A DNA stretch of 64,000 nt from Betaproteobacteria bacterium (GTDB lineage Bacteria; Pseudomonadota; Gammaproteobacteria; Burkholderiales; Burkholderiaceae_C), in NCBI GenBank assembly GCA_031394895.1, contig JANNUE010000078.1, forward strand, positions 3,807 to 67,806, in the 5' to 3' direction. The notes beneath the pieces were generated by a model that was not told where the DNA came from, did not search any database, and worked only from the letters and a program-made list of their open reading frames with translations. This document shows positions 39,758-49,719 of the stretch, piece by piece. Within the stretch, counting starts at the first letter, position 1; each line of letters begins with the position of its first letter. Position numbers and translations under genes: made by a program.

Positions 39758-40551
39758 CGCAGGCCGTGCCGGTCGCTGGCAACGGGTCAAGAGCTGCGGC
39801 TGCGCGCTGCGACAGCCGGCTCGAAGTCAGCCATCTGCAAAAGTTCTATGGCAGTCGCAAGGCGGTGAAAGACGTCTCGCTGACTGTCTGCAAGGGGGAA
39901 GTGGTGGGCCTGCTTGGTCCCAACGGGGCCGGCAAGACGACCTCGTTTTACATGATTGTCGGCCTGGTGCATGCCAGCGCCGGCGATATCACGATCGACG
40001 GCCAGTCGGTGGCGCACATGCCGATCCACCGGCGTTCGCGCCTGGGGCTGAGCTATTTGCCGCAGGAAGCGTCGATCTTTCGCAAGCTCAACGTCGAAGA
40101 AAATGTGCGCGCCGTGCTGGAGTTGCAGCGCGATGAGAATGGCAAAGCGCTGGCCAAGGCCGAGATTGAAAAGCGCCTGACCGGTTTGCTGCAGGATTTG
40201 CGCGTCGAGCACTTGCGCAAGTCACCGGCGCTAGCCCTGTCCGGCGGCGAGCGCCGACGCGTCGAGATCGCGCGCGCGCTGGCGACGCAGCCGCGTTTTA
40301 TTCTGCTCGACGAGCCGTTTGCCGGCATTGACCCGATTGCAGTGATCGAAATCCAGCGCATCATCAGTTTCCTCAAAGAGCGCGGCATCGGCGTGCTGAT
40401 CACCGACCACAACGTGCGCGAGACGCTGGGCATTTGCGACCACGCCTACATCATCAGCGACGGCTCCGTGCTGGCGCAAGGCACGCCGTCCGAGATCGTC
40501 GATGATGCCAATGTGCGCCGCGTCTATCTCGGCGAACACTTCAAGATGTAG
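39754..40551 (+). CDS. lptB: LPS export ATPase LptB
   Basis: GPNGAGKTT, YLPQEASIF, LSGGERRR, LLDEPFAGIDP, ITDHNVRETL. Confidence 0.97.
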   Translation: MTQAVPVAGNGSRAAAARCDSRLEVSHLQKFYGSRKAVKDVSLTVCKGEVVGLLGPNGAGKTTSFYMIVGLVHASAGDITIDGQSVAHMPIHRRSRLGLSYLPQEASIFRKLNVEENVRAVLELQRDENGKALAKAEIEKRLTGLLQDLRVEHLRKSPALALSGGERRRVEIARALATQPRFILLDEPFAGIDPIAVIEIQRIISFLKERGIGVLITDHNVRETLGICDHAYIISDGSVLAQGTPSEIVDDANVRRVYLGEHFKM

Positions 40552-40566
40552 TGTGAACAGACGCTA

Positions 40567-42167
40567 ATGAAACAAGGTTTATCGCTGCGTGTTTCACAGC
40601 ATCTGGCGCTGACGCCGCAGTTGCAGCAGTCAATCCGGATGTTGCAGTTGTCCACACTCGAGCTCAGCCAGGAGGTCGAGCAGATGCTCGGCGACAACCC
40701 GTTTCTGGAACTCGATGCCGATGCGCCGGCGCGCGAGGAGTTCGGTCTGGCGCAGTCCGATGCGCCGGCCCAGCCGGACGAACCGGAGCCCGAGTTCATG
40801 CCGGGGGCGGGGCTTGATTACGCGCCCGCCGGCAGTGCGGCCGTCGAGCGCGAAAGCGAGACCACGGCGCTGTCGAGCGAAGACGGGCAAAGCTGGGACG
40901 GCGACGGCACAACGCAGCTTGCGCCCGACGACAGCGAGTGGGGCGGCGACGCCCGGGCGCGCGGCAACAACCTCGATGGCAACGAAGACGCGGACGCGAC
41001 CGAACTGGCGCGCACCCAGGAGTCGCTGCAAAGCCATTTGCAGCGGCAGGCGCTGGCACTGCAGCTCGGTGCCGAGGACAGCGCCGCGCTGCACTTTTTG
41101 ATTGAGTCGCTGAACGACGACGGCTATCTGGAAGACTCGCTGGCGTCGCTGGCGCAGGGGCTGGCTGGCAATGATCAGGAACAGATTGAACAACTGCTGC
41201 ACCACTTTACGGTGGCGCTGTCGCTGCTGCAAAGCCTGGAGCCAGCCGGTGTGGCGGCGCGCGATCTGGCCGAGTGCCTGACGCTGCAGCTCAAAGCCTT
41301 GCTGGCGGTGGCCGAGACTGACCGCACGCACCAGTCTGCCAGCAGGGTCCTGCAAGTGGCGCTGCGCATTTGCGCGCAGCCGCTGGACCTGCTGGCGCGG
41401 CGTGACATCAAGCGGCTGGTGCAGTTGTGCGGCGCGACCGACGCGTTGGTGCGCGAAGCGATTGCCGTCATCGGCCGGCTCGAGCCGAAACCGGGGCGGC
41501 GCTTCCTCGATGTCGAGCGCAATGTGGTGGTGCCCGATGTACTGGTGGTCAAGACCGGCAAGGGCGCCCAGCAGCGGTTTCAAGTGCGGCTCAACACCGA
41601 CGTGATGCCGCGCCTGCGGGTGCACGACATCTACGCCAACGCGCTCAAGCAGCACCGGGGTGGCGGCAGCGATGCGTCCAGCTTTGCCGCGCTGCAGCAG
41701 CGCTTGCAGGAGGCGCGCTGGTTCATCAAAAACATTCAACAGCGCTTTGACACCATTCTTCGCGTCAGCACGGCGATTGTCGAGCGGCAGAAGAACTTCT
41801 TCAGCCACGGCGAGCTGGCGATGCGCCCGCTGGTGCTGCGTGAAATTGCCGACGAGCTCGGCCTGCATGAGTCAACGATCAGCCGCGTCACCAGCGCCAA
41901 GTACATGGCCACGCCGTTAGGCACTTTCGAGCTCAAGTATTTCTTTGGCTCCGGCCTGGGAACTGATTCGGGCGGCAATGCGTCGAGCACCGCGGTGCGG
42001 GCGCTGATCAAGCAGTTCATCGCCGCCGAGAACCTTAAAAACCGCTCAGCGACAACCAGTTGTCCGAGATGCTCAAGGAGCAGGGCATCGAGTGTGCCCG
42101 GCGCACCGTGGCCAAATACCGCGAAGGCCTGCGCATTGCGCCGGCGTCGCTGAGGAAGTCGCTGTGA
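40567..42167 (+). CDS. rpoN: RNA polymerase sigma-54 factor, frameshifted near 42037-42041
   Basis: [29 protein letters not shown]; the terminal KPLSDNQL...[10 protein letters not shown]...RKSL* lies in another frame after CTTAAAAACCG. Confidence 0.93.
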
Positions 42168-42216
42168 TGCCGGGCCGTGTTCGAAAGGCAGCAAATGCGC
42201 TGACGATATTGGTACG

Positions 42217-42316
42217 CCAGGGAGCCTGGGTGGGCGACTACGCTCGTGTCCCCCGCACCGGGCTGCGCCCGCCGCTCCTCCTTTACCTCGCTACGCCACC
42301 CACCCAGACTCCCAGG
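42217..42316. repeat. Long imperfect inverted repeat element
   Basis: CCAGGGAGCCTGGGTGGG ... CCCACCCAGACTCCCAGG. Confidence 0.6.
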
Positions 42317-42439
42317 CAACGGGCATTGTTGGCGCGCGCACCGCAATACATCAATGCAGGAGCAGTTCGGTTCGGCGCTCAGTGCAGCGTGGACTTGGGG
42401 TTTTGCCAAATAAAGGACGAGGCCGCAGGCCGCAGAGGA

Positions 42440-42517
42440 CATGGATTGCCGCGCTGCGCTCGCAATGACGATACTTTCGCCGTCATTGCGAGGAACGTAG
42501 TGACGTGGCAATCCACG
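42440..42517. repeat. CGTC-type REP units in swapped (tail-to-head) arrangement
   Basis: CATGGATTGCCGCGCTGCGCTCGCAATGACG - 10 bp - CGTCATTGCGAGGAACGTAGTGACGTGGCAATCCACG. Confidence 0.8.
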
Positions 42518-42642
42518 AAGTCCGGCTCCCGGCCCGGGGCCGTGACGTTGAGCCGAGCGCCAAGCTGGTGTGCTCCGGGTTACAGCTTGACTGCTCCCGC
42601 CCACAAAGCGCCGCCTGTCTGACTCTTTGAACGCCAAACCAT

Positions 42643-43905
42643 ATGAACCAACTGCAACTATTCTTGCCCTGCGCGGCCGGTGTCGAAGATTTTCTGGCGA
42701 CCGAGGTGCAGCGCATTACCGGCTTGGCGCCGGGCGAGGTGCTCAAGCAGCGTGGTGGGGTTGCGCTGCGCTCGTCGTGGCGCGACGCGATGCTGCTCAA
42801 TCTGCACAGCCGTCTGGCGCAGCGCGTGCTGGTCCTGTTGTCGTACACCGAGTACCGCAACGAGCAGGACCTGTACCGCGCTGCCAGCGAGGTGGCGTGG
42901 GAAGCCTGGTTCACGCCGCGTGAGAGCATCAAGGTGGAAGTCACGGCGCAGCACAGTCCGCTGACATCGCTGAACTTTGCCGCGCTCAAGATCAAGGACG
43001 CGGTGTGCGACCGCTTTCGGGTCAAGGCTGGCGGCGTGCGCCCGGATGTCAACACGCAGTGGCCCGACGTGCGCATTTACACGCACCTCACCACCGACAG
43101 TTGCTCGCTCTACATCGACACCTCCGGCGAGCCACTGTTCAAGCGCGGCTGGCGCGAAGACAAGGGCGACGCGCCGCTGAAAGAAACACTGGCCGCGGCG
43201 ATGCTGGCGGCCAGCGGTTGGGCGGACGGTAGCGACGACTTGTTGCCGCTGTATGACCCGTGCTGCGGCAGCGGCACGATTGCCATCGAGGCGGCCCAGA
43301 TCGCCTGCAATATTGCGCCGGGCTCGCTGCGCCGCTTTGCGTTCGAGAAATATCTGCCGTACCAAAAGCACGTCTGGGACCAGATCAAGCAGGAGGCGCG
43401 GGCCGACGAGGTGCTGCGCGCGCCGGATCAGCCGGCTATCATTTTCGGCAGCGACGTGGCGCACCGCATGGTCGATTTTGCCCAGCGCAACGCACAGCGC
43501 GCCGGCGTTGCCGACGTGATCGAATTTCGCGGCGGTGATGCGCTGCAACGCATGCCGCCGTGCGAGCGCGCCGGCGTCATGCTGCTCAATCCGCCGTATG
43601 GCGAGCGCATCGAAGTGGCCGGCGTTGCGGGCGCGGGTGGCGCGCAGCAGGGGCGCTTTGGCGCACGCGAGCTGGCGCAGACCGAAGACGGTGGCGAATT
43701 TTTCAGCCAGCTCGCCAGCCACTGGAAGAAGAACTTTTCCGGCTGGAGCGCCTGGGTGCTGACGCCGGATCTGAAGCTGCCGGGCAAAATGCGGCTCAAG
43801 GAAACGCGCCGCGTCCCGCTGTGGAACGGCCCGATCGAGTGCCGGCTGTTTCGCTTTGATATGGTGGCCGGCAGAATGGCGCCGGATCAAAAGCGGTCGG
43901 GCTGA
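42643..43905 (+). CDS. THUMP-domain rRNA methyltransferase (RlmL-like)
   Basis: LFKRGWR...APLKETLAA, DPCCGSGT, NPPYGER, WNGPIECRL. Confidence 0.9.
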   Translation: MNQLQLFLPCAAGVEDFLATEVQRITGLAPGEVLKQRGGVALRSSWRDAMLLNLHSRLAQRVLVLLSYTEYRNEQDLYRAASEVAWEAWFTPRESIKVEVTAQHSPLTSLNFAALKIKDAVCDRFRVKAGGVRPDVNTQWPDVRIYTHLTTDSCSLYIDTSGEPLFKRGWREDKGDAPLKETLAAAMLAASGWADGSDDLLPLYDPCCGSGTIAIEAAQIACNIAPGSLRRFAFEKYLPYQKHVWDQIKQEARADEVLRAPDQPAIIFGSDVAHRMVDFAQRNAQRAGVADVIEFRGGDALQRMPPCERAGVMLLNPPYGERIEVAGVAGAGGAQQGRFGARELAQTEDGGEFFSQLASHWKKNFSGWSAWVLTPDLKLPGKMRLKETRRVPLWNGPIECRLFRFDMVAGRMAPDQKRSG

Positions 43906-43906
43906 C

Positions 43907-44335
43907 GTGGGCACGCTGCGCACGCCAGTGGTTCTGGACAGCAACGTCGTGCTCGACGTTTTTGTCTTCAAGGATCCGCTTGCACAGGCTTTGGCGCTGG
44001 CGCTGGCAGCAGGCACTGTCGAGTGGCTGGCAACCCCGGCGATGCGCGACGAACTGGCGCGTGTGCTCGGCTACCCCAAGATCGTGGCGCGTCTGGCGTT
44101 ACGAAAGCTCGACGCTTCTGAAGTGCTGGCGCAGTTTGATGCGCTGGCCCGGCTGGTCGCGGTGGCGGGCAAGGCCGGCGTCACCTGCCGCGACCCGGAC
44201 GACCAGAAATTCATCGATCTGGCGGTCGCGCATCAGTGCCTGCTGCTGAGCAAGGACAACGCGCTGCTGTGCCTGACCAAGCGTCTGGCCACGCTCGGCG
44301 TGCGAGTCTCAACCACGATGCAAGCGCAACCATGA
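43907..44335 (+). CDS. PIN-domain protein (no adjacent antitoxin)
   Basis: VVLDSNVVLD, CRDPDDQKFIDLA, SKD. Confidence 0.85.
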   Translation: MGTLRTPVVLDSNVVLDVFVFKDPLAQALALALAAGTVEWLATPAMRDELARVLGYPKIVARLALRKLDASEVLAQFDALARLVAVAGKAGVTCRDPDDQKFIDLAVAHQCLLLSKDNALLCLTKRLATLGVRVSTTMQAQP

Positions 44336-45045
44336 CGCGCGCCTGTTCCGATATGCCAGCAATGAAGCAGCCGGGCCTGGGTGCCGCCGAGTACCGCGAA
44401 CTCGACGCCATTCTGGACGACTTGCGCAGCCGCTATGACGAGACGCCGCAGTGGGAGTTTTGTGAGGGCTTTATGGTCGCGCTGCTGTGTTGCCGGCGCA
44501 TCATCGAGCCGGGTGAGTACTGGCCAGTGCTGCTGGCGATTGGTGACGAAGCCGGAGCCGAACAGGGCACGTTTGGCGGCCCTGCACAAGGGCAGCGCTT
44601 TGTCGAACTGTGGACGCGGCGCTGGATTGAAGTGGCGCAGGCGCTGGACGCCGACGTTGATTCACTGGACGAACCGGCCGCCTACCAGCCCGAGGTGCTG
44701 GACGTGCGCGGCGCGGTGGCCGCGCTACCCGAAGACGAGCGCGCCGCTATGCCGGCCGCTACGCTGCCGGCCTTTGCGCAGGTTTGGGCGCTGGGCTTCA
44801 TGTTTGCGGTGGAGGCCTGGCCCGATGACTGGTCGGCAAGCGGCGACGGCGAGCTCGCCGCCTGGCTCGACCGCAAACTGCAAGCCGTGATTGCGTTGAC
44901 CGAGGACGATGGCGACGAGCCGACGCTGTCGATGTATGACGCCGACGGGCCACCGAGCCTGAGCGTCAACCGGCTCAATGCCTTTGCCGACGCGGTCTGG
45001 GCCGCCTACGAGTTGCGCCGCGTGGGTCGCAGCTATGCCGGGTAG
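44332..45045 (+). CDS. YecA/UPF0149-family protein (no SEC-C tail)
   Basis: PQWEFCEGFM.AL, FAQVWALGFMFAVE.WP. Confidence 0.8.
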   Translation: MTRACSDMPAMKQPGLGAAEYRELDAILDDLRSRYDETPQWEFCEGFMVALLCCRRIIEPGEYWPVLLAIGDEAGAEQGTFGGPAQGQRFVELWTRRWIEVAQALDADVDSLDEPAAYQPEVLDVRGAVAALPEDERAAMPAATLPAFAQVWALGFMFAVEAWPDDWSASGDGELAAWLDRKLQAVIALTEDDGDEPTLSMYDADGPPSLSVNRLNAFADAVWAAYELRRVGRSYAG

Positions 45046-45365
45046 CGCTCGCGCATCACACGCGAGTTCAGCAGCAGTCCGCTGACCAGAGTGAACAGCG
45101 CGACGGTGGTCAGAATGATGGCCCCGACGGTCCAGGACCGGCCACTCATCTGACGTGCGCTGATCAGCTCAAAAGCGGTTTGCAGCCAAACCAGCGCACC
45201 TGCGTAAGCGGTGATCTGCAACACGATCAGCGACACCCGATTGCGATACAGGAACAGCAGCGGCAGCGCCAGGCACAACGCCATTGGAAGGTACTGGCTG
45301 GCGCGCAGAAAATGCGCTGCCAGCAACACGCTGGCAAGAATGAAAAGAACAATGCGGGTGATCAT
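45033..45365 (-). CDS. Small four-TM hypothetical membrane protein
   Basis: MITRIVLFILASVLLAAHFLR..., hydrophobic throughout. Confidence 0.65.
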   Translation of the reverse strand: MITRIVLFILASVLLAAHFLRASQYLPMALCLALPLLFLYRNRVSLIVLQITAYAGALVWLQTAFELISARQMSGRSWTVGAIILTTVALFTLVSGLLLNSRVMRERYPA

Positions 45366-45402
45366 GATCGTGCGATGGATGGGTAATGCCAAAGCCCAGA
45401 GC

Positions 45403-46302
45403 TTATATGACCTGTGGCAAAGTCTGCGCCAGATAGTCAAATACCGCGCGTATGCGCTGGCTGGTGCGGATTTCGCGGTGCACCGCCAGCCACATCGGCA
45501 GTGGCGGTATCTTCAGTAGTCCTGCCAATACCGGTAGCACGTCAGGGTCGCTGCGCGCCATGTAGTTGGCACAAAAGCCGATGCCCAGGCCGGCACGCAC
45601 CGCCTGCCATTGGACGATAAAGTCGTCGCTGCGCAGCGCAAATAGTTCGCGCTTGACCGGGTAGCCCATGGCCGCAAAGCCCTGCAGGATGGCCGGGTCG
45701 CTGTCGCTGCCAATCAGATCGTGCTGCAGCAGCTCGGTGACTTTGCGCAGCGGGCCGCGACGCGCCAGGTAGTTGCGGTGCGCCCAGGCGCCCAGCCCGA
45801 CTTCGCCAATCTTTTTGGCAATCAGCGACGACTGATCGGGGCGCACCATGCGCACGGCAATGTCGGCCTCGCGGCGCAACAGGTTATTGACCTGGTTGCT
45901 TGACACCAACTCAATCTGAATCTCGGGCAACGCCTGGCGCATGCCGGCCAGCAGCGGCGGCAGCAGGTACGTGGCCACCGGCACGCTGGCGGTGATGCGC
46001 ACCGTGCCGGCGCTTTGCGCCTGCACGCCAGTCAGCGTGCGCGTGAGCTGCAGCGCACCGGCCTCCATGCTGCGCGCCGCCTCGGCCAGTTGCAGCGCGG
46101 TGGCGGTCGGCACCAGGCCACGACCAGTGCGCTCGAACAGCACCACGTCCAGTTGACTCTCCAGCTCGGCGATATGACGCCCCAGCGTCGGTTGGCTGGT
46201 GTGCAGCGTTCGGGCGGCGCCGAGCAGACTGCCGTGGTCCAGCGCTGCCAGAAAGGAGCGCACCAGGCGCCAGTCAAAGCCGCGTTGTGCGGTGGTATTC
46301 AT
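45403..46302 (-). CDS. LysR-family regulator
   Basis: FDWRLVRSFLA, SQPTLGRHIAELE, LLRREADIAVR. Confidence 0.92.
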   Translation of the reverse strand: MNTTAQRGFDWRLVRSFLAALDHGSLLGAARTLHTSQPTLGRHIAELESQLDVVLFERTGRGLVPTATALQLAEAARSMEAGALQLTRTLTGVQAQSAGTVRITASVPVATYLLPPLLAGMRQALPEIQIELVSSNQVNNLLRREADIAVRMVRPDQSSLIAKKIGEVGLGAWAHRNYLARRGPLRKVTELLQHDLIGSDSDPAILQGFAAMGYPVKRELFALRSDDFIVQWQAVRAGLGIGFCANYMARSDPDVLPVLAGLLKIPPLPMWLAVHREIRTSQRIRAVFDYLAQTLPQVI

Positions 46303-46394
46303 AAATGCATTCCTGTTATCGCCATTTATGCAATTGTGGTGCAAGTCAATTGTTTCCACAATCTTCCCATCGATTCACTTTAATGGAGAAAACC

Positions 46395-47405
46395 ATGCAA
46401 TCCACGATTCTGATTTTGGGCGCACGCGGTCGCTTTGGGCTGGCGTGCGCGCGGGCCTTCCGTGCTGCCGGCTGGCGCGTGGTGGGGCAGGTGCGCCCCG
46501 GGGCCAGCGTTGCGACGGAGCAGGGGATTGAATGGCTGGCCACCGACTTGCACGACACCCAGGCGCTGGCGGCAGCGGCCCGAGCCGCCCAGGTCGTGGT
46601 GCATGCGGTCAACCCGCCGTACACCGAGTGGGAACAACAGGCGATGCCGGCGCTGGAGCAAGCCATTGCGGTGGCGACCGAACTCAAGGCATTGCTGATG
46701 CTGCCGGGCAACGTGTACAACTTCGGCTCCAACATGCTTGCCGTGCTGCGCGAGGACACGCCACAGCGTGCCGATACGCGCAAAGGCAAGATTCGCATCG
46801 CCATGGAGCAGCGCATGCGCCAGGCTAGCGCGGAAGGTTTGCGCAGCGTCGTAGTGCGCGCCGGGGACTTCTTTGGCAGTGGCAAGGGCAGTTGGTTTGA
46901 CCTGGCGCTCGCCAAAAATATTCAACGTGGCAAGCTGAGCTATCCGGGTGGCTGGGAGGTGCCCACCGCCTGGGCCTATCTTCCCGATCTGGCGGTCGCC
47001 TTTGAACAACTGGCCAGTCGCGCGCTGGCCGAGCCGCAGCGCTTCCAGCCGTTTGACGTGTTTCATTTCAAGGGCTACAGCCTGACCGGCGCCGACTGGT
47101 TGGCGGCGCTGGCGCCTGTTGCGCGCCAGCAGGGCTGGCTGCGGGGGCAGACGAGCCTGCAGCGCGCTGCCATGCCCTGGTGGCTGTTCAAGGCGCTGCG
47201 CTGGGCGGTGCCGCTGTTTCGTGAACTGGCCGAGATGCAATACCTGTGGCAGACGCCGCACGCGCTGGCCAACGACAAACTCACTGCCATGATCGGCGCC
47301 GAGCCGCACACGCCGCTGGCAGTTGCGGCAGCGGCTGCGCTGGCTGATCTTGGTTTGCTGGCGCCAAGCCCATTGCCAGGCATGAAACTGAGCGCGGCGA
47401 GGTGA
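46395..47405 (+). CDS. NAD-dependent epimerase/dehydratase family protein
   Basis: ILGARGRFG Rossmann motif, PGNVYNFG, RAGDFFG, AWAYLPDLA. Confidence 0.85.
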   Translation: MQSTILILGARGRFGLACARAFRAAGWRVVGQVRPGASVATEQGIEWLATDLHDTQALAAAARAAQVVVHAVNPPYTEWEQQAMPALEQAIAVATELKALLMLPGNVYNFGSNMLAVLREDTPQRADTRKGKIRIAMEQRMRQASAEGLRSVVVRAGDFFGSGKGSWFDLALAKNIQRGKLSYPGGWEVPTAWAYLPDLAVAFEQLASRALAEPQRFQPFDVFHFKGYSLTGADWLAALAPVARQQGWLRGQTSLQRAAMPWWLFKALRWAVPLFRELAEMQYLWQTPHALANDKLTAMIGAEPHTPLAVAAAAALADLGLLAPSPLPGMKLSAAR

Positions 47406-47410
47406 TGGCC

Positions 47411-48589
47411 ATGCAGCGCCGCAACTTTGTTCGCATTGCCGGTGGTGGCCTGGTTGCTGCCGCCGCGGTCACCACTGCTGGTCTGTCTGGTCGCAGCCAG
47501 AGCATGCCAGCCGAGGCCATTCAGGCATGGCAAGGGCCTGACAGCGCCGCCAGCTCGGACCCCGATGTGCGGCGCTGGCTGCTGAGCTACGCGATTCTGG
47601 CGCCGCATTCGCACAATCTGCAATCGTGGATTGCCGACCTCGGCAAGCCCGACGAAATCACGCTGCGTTGTGATTTGTCGCGCCTGCTGCCGCAGACCGA
47701 CCCGCAGTCGCGCCAGATCATGATGAGTCACGGCACTTTTCTGGAGTTGCTTGATCTGGCAGCGCGCGAACGCGGCCTGCGCGCCGACATTGAGCTGTTC
47801 CCGCAAGGCGTCTTTGCTGCCGACAAACTCGACAACCGCCCGGTCGCGCGCATTCGCGTGACTGCGGATGCCAGTGTTCAGAAAGACCCGCTATTTGCAC
47901 AGATTCTGCGCCGTCACACGAACCGCAGCGCCTATGACATTCAACGCGCTGTGCCGCTTGCAGCGTGGCAGGCGATGAGCCAGGCGGTGAAACCCAATGC
48001 ACTGCGCTTCGGTTACGCCGGCAAGCAAAACTCCGATGCGCTGGCGGCCCATCGCCGCATTGCGGCCGAGGCCTGGCGCATTGAACTGACGACGCCGCGC
48101 ACCATCATGGAGTCGTTCGATGTGCTGCGCGTTGGCGCCGCCGAAATAGCCAAGCACCGTGATGGTCTCAGCCTGCTGGACCCTACGGTGGTGTTGTTGA
48201 ATCGCGTCGGCCTGTTTGACCGCAGCAAGGCGCCGGGACCGGATGACTATGCAACGACCAGCCAGATCAAGGACTTTGGCGCCAAGCTGGACTCGACGCC
48301 GGGTTTCTTGTGGATGACCACCGACGGCAATGACCGGGCCACGCAAGTCAATGCCGGCCGCGCCTATGCCCGTGTGCAACTGGCAGCAACGGCGCAGGGC
48401 CTGGCGATGCAGCCGCTGTCACAGGCCTTGCAGGAATACACCGAGCAGCAAAAACCCTATGCCGACATCCACACGCTGGTCGGCGCCGCGCGCCCCGGCC
48501 AGACGGTGCAGATGTGGGCCCGAGTCGGTTACGCTACGCCAGTCCAAGCGGCACCGCGCCGGCGCTTGCAGGATTTCATCAGGAGTTGA
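47411..48589 (+). CDS. Acg-like FMN-binding nitroreductase-family protein with Tat signal
   Basis: MQRRNFVR twin-arginine signal, LAPHSHNLQSW, RRHTNR, QPLSQALQE. Confidence 0.8.
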   Translation: MQRRNFVRIAGGGLVAAAAVTTAGLSGRSQSMPAEAIQAWQGPDSAASSDPDVRRWLLSYAILAPHSHNLQSWIADLGKPDEITLRCDLSRLLPQTDPQSRQIMMSHGTFLELLDLAARERGLRADIELFPQGVFAADKLDNRPVARIRVTADASVQKDPLFAQILRRHTNRSAYDIQRAVPLAAWQAMSQAVKPNALRFGYAGKQNSDALAAHRRIAAEAWRIELTTPRTIMESFDVLRVGAAEIAKHRDGLSLLDPTVVLLNRVGLFDRSKAPGPDDYATTSQIKDFGAKLDSTPGFLWMTTDGNDRATQVNAGRAYARVQLAATAQGLAMQPLSQALQEYTEQQKPYADIHTLVGAARPGQTVQMWARVGYATPVQAAPRRRLQDFIRS

Positions 48590-48595
48590 AAAGTG

Positions 48596-49075
48596 TCAGA
48601 CCAGCAACTCCACCAGTCGACTGAAAGCATGCTGCACGGTTGCAGCACGCACCGCCGCGCGGTCACCGTCAAAGTGACACTTTTCAGTAACCACCTGGCC
48701 CGGCACGGCAAAGCCGAACCAGACGGTGCCGACCGGTTTGGCCGGGCTGCCACCGGTGGGGCCGGCAACGCCGGTCACGGCCACTGCGACTTGCGCGTGT
48801 GAGCGCGCCAGAGCCCCCAACACCATGGCGCGCGCTACGCCCTCGCAAACGGCGCCGGCCCGGCGCAGAATTCGTTCTTCAACGCCCAGCAACTCGGTCT
48901 TGGCGTCGTTTGAGTAGGTCACAAAGCCGCGCTCAAACCAGGCGCTGGATCCAGCCAGATCGGTACAGGCAGCGGCAATCAGGCCACCGGTGCAGCTTTC
49001 TGCAGTGACCAGTTTCAGCTCTTTCTTTAGCAACAAGTCGGCCAGACCAGCAGCCAGTGGGGGTGATTGCGTCAT
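48596..49075 (-). CDS. pncC: NMN deamidase (CinA C-terminal domain)
   Basis: TAESCTGG, GFVTYSN, VTGVAGP, KPVGTVW. Confidence 0.9.
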   Translation of the reverse strand: MTQSPPLAAGLADLLLKKELKLVTAESCTGGLIAAACTDLAGSSAWFERGFVTYSNDAKTELLGVEERILRRAGAVCEGVARAMVLGALARSHAQVAVAVTGVAGPTGGSPAKPVGTVWFGFAVPGQVVTEKCHFDGDRAAVRAATVQHAFSRLVELLV

Positions 49076-49653
49076 AGAAAGAATCTCCATCCGGCGATCA
49101 CCAGCAGGGTGCAGGCAGCGGCCACCAGGTCGTCGAGCATGATGCCAAAGCCGGCCTTGTGCCAGGCATGGCGGTCGTTCGCAATATCGACGCCATGAAA
49201 CAGCGCGTCGGCCCAGCCGACCGGGCCCGGCTTGACCGCATCGAAGAAGCGAAACAGCGCGAACGCCACCAGTTGGCCCCAAAAGCCGGCGGGCGTGATC
49301 AGCCACAACACCAGCCAGAAGGCTGCAATCTCGTCCCACACCACGCAGCTCGGGTCCAACACGCGCAGGTTTTTGGCGGCAACGCTGCAGGCCCACCAGC
49401 CCAGCGCCAGCGCGAATGCAACCAGCAACGCCCAGCGCGTGTCGTTCATCGCCGGCTGCAGCAAATAGAAAGTCAGCCAGGCCCATAGCGTGCCAGCCGT
49501 GCCGGGTGCCCACCGGCTCAAGCCGGAGCCAAAACCGAGCGCAATATAGTGCGCCGGATGCGACAGCATGAAGCGCCCACTGGGCCGCACCGGACCAGTC
49601 GGCACAGGCGTGGCCGGCACCAGTGGTTCGGGTGAATGCGGGCTGTCAGGCAT
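49072..49653 (-). CDS. pgpA: Phosphatidylglycerophosphatase A
   Basis: GFGSGL..APGTAGT, VVWDEI, FRFFD, GIMLDD. Confidence 0.95.
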   Translation of the reverse strand: MPDSPHSPEPLVPATPVPTGPVRPSGRFMLSHPAHYIALGFGSGLSRWAPGTAGTLWAWLTFYLLQPAMNDTRWALLVAFALALGWWACSVAAKNLRVLDPSCVVWDEIAAFWLVLWLITPAGFWGQLVAFALFRFFDAVKPGPVGWADALFHGVDIANDRHAWHKAGFGIMLDDLVAAACTLLVIAGWRFFL

Positions 49654-49719
49654 GGGGTGATTATCAGGCCGGAGCTTGGCCAGTGCGCCTTGCGCGCGAC
49701 GCGGACCCAGCCTGGCGCT

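Noticed and set aside
42031-42045. Programmed -1 ribosomal frameshift in rpoN
   Set aside because: T_AAA_AAC does not fit an X_XXY_YYZ slippery heptamer, and I know of no precedent in rpoN
43907-44335. PIN gene as part of a novel TA system
   Set aside because: No antitoxin ORF or leader structure; tightly packed between housekeeping-type genes
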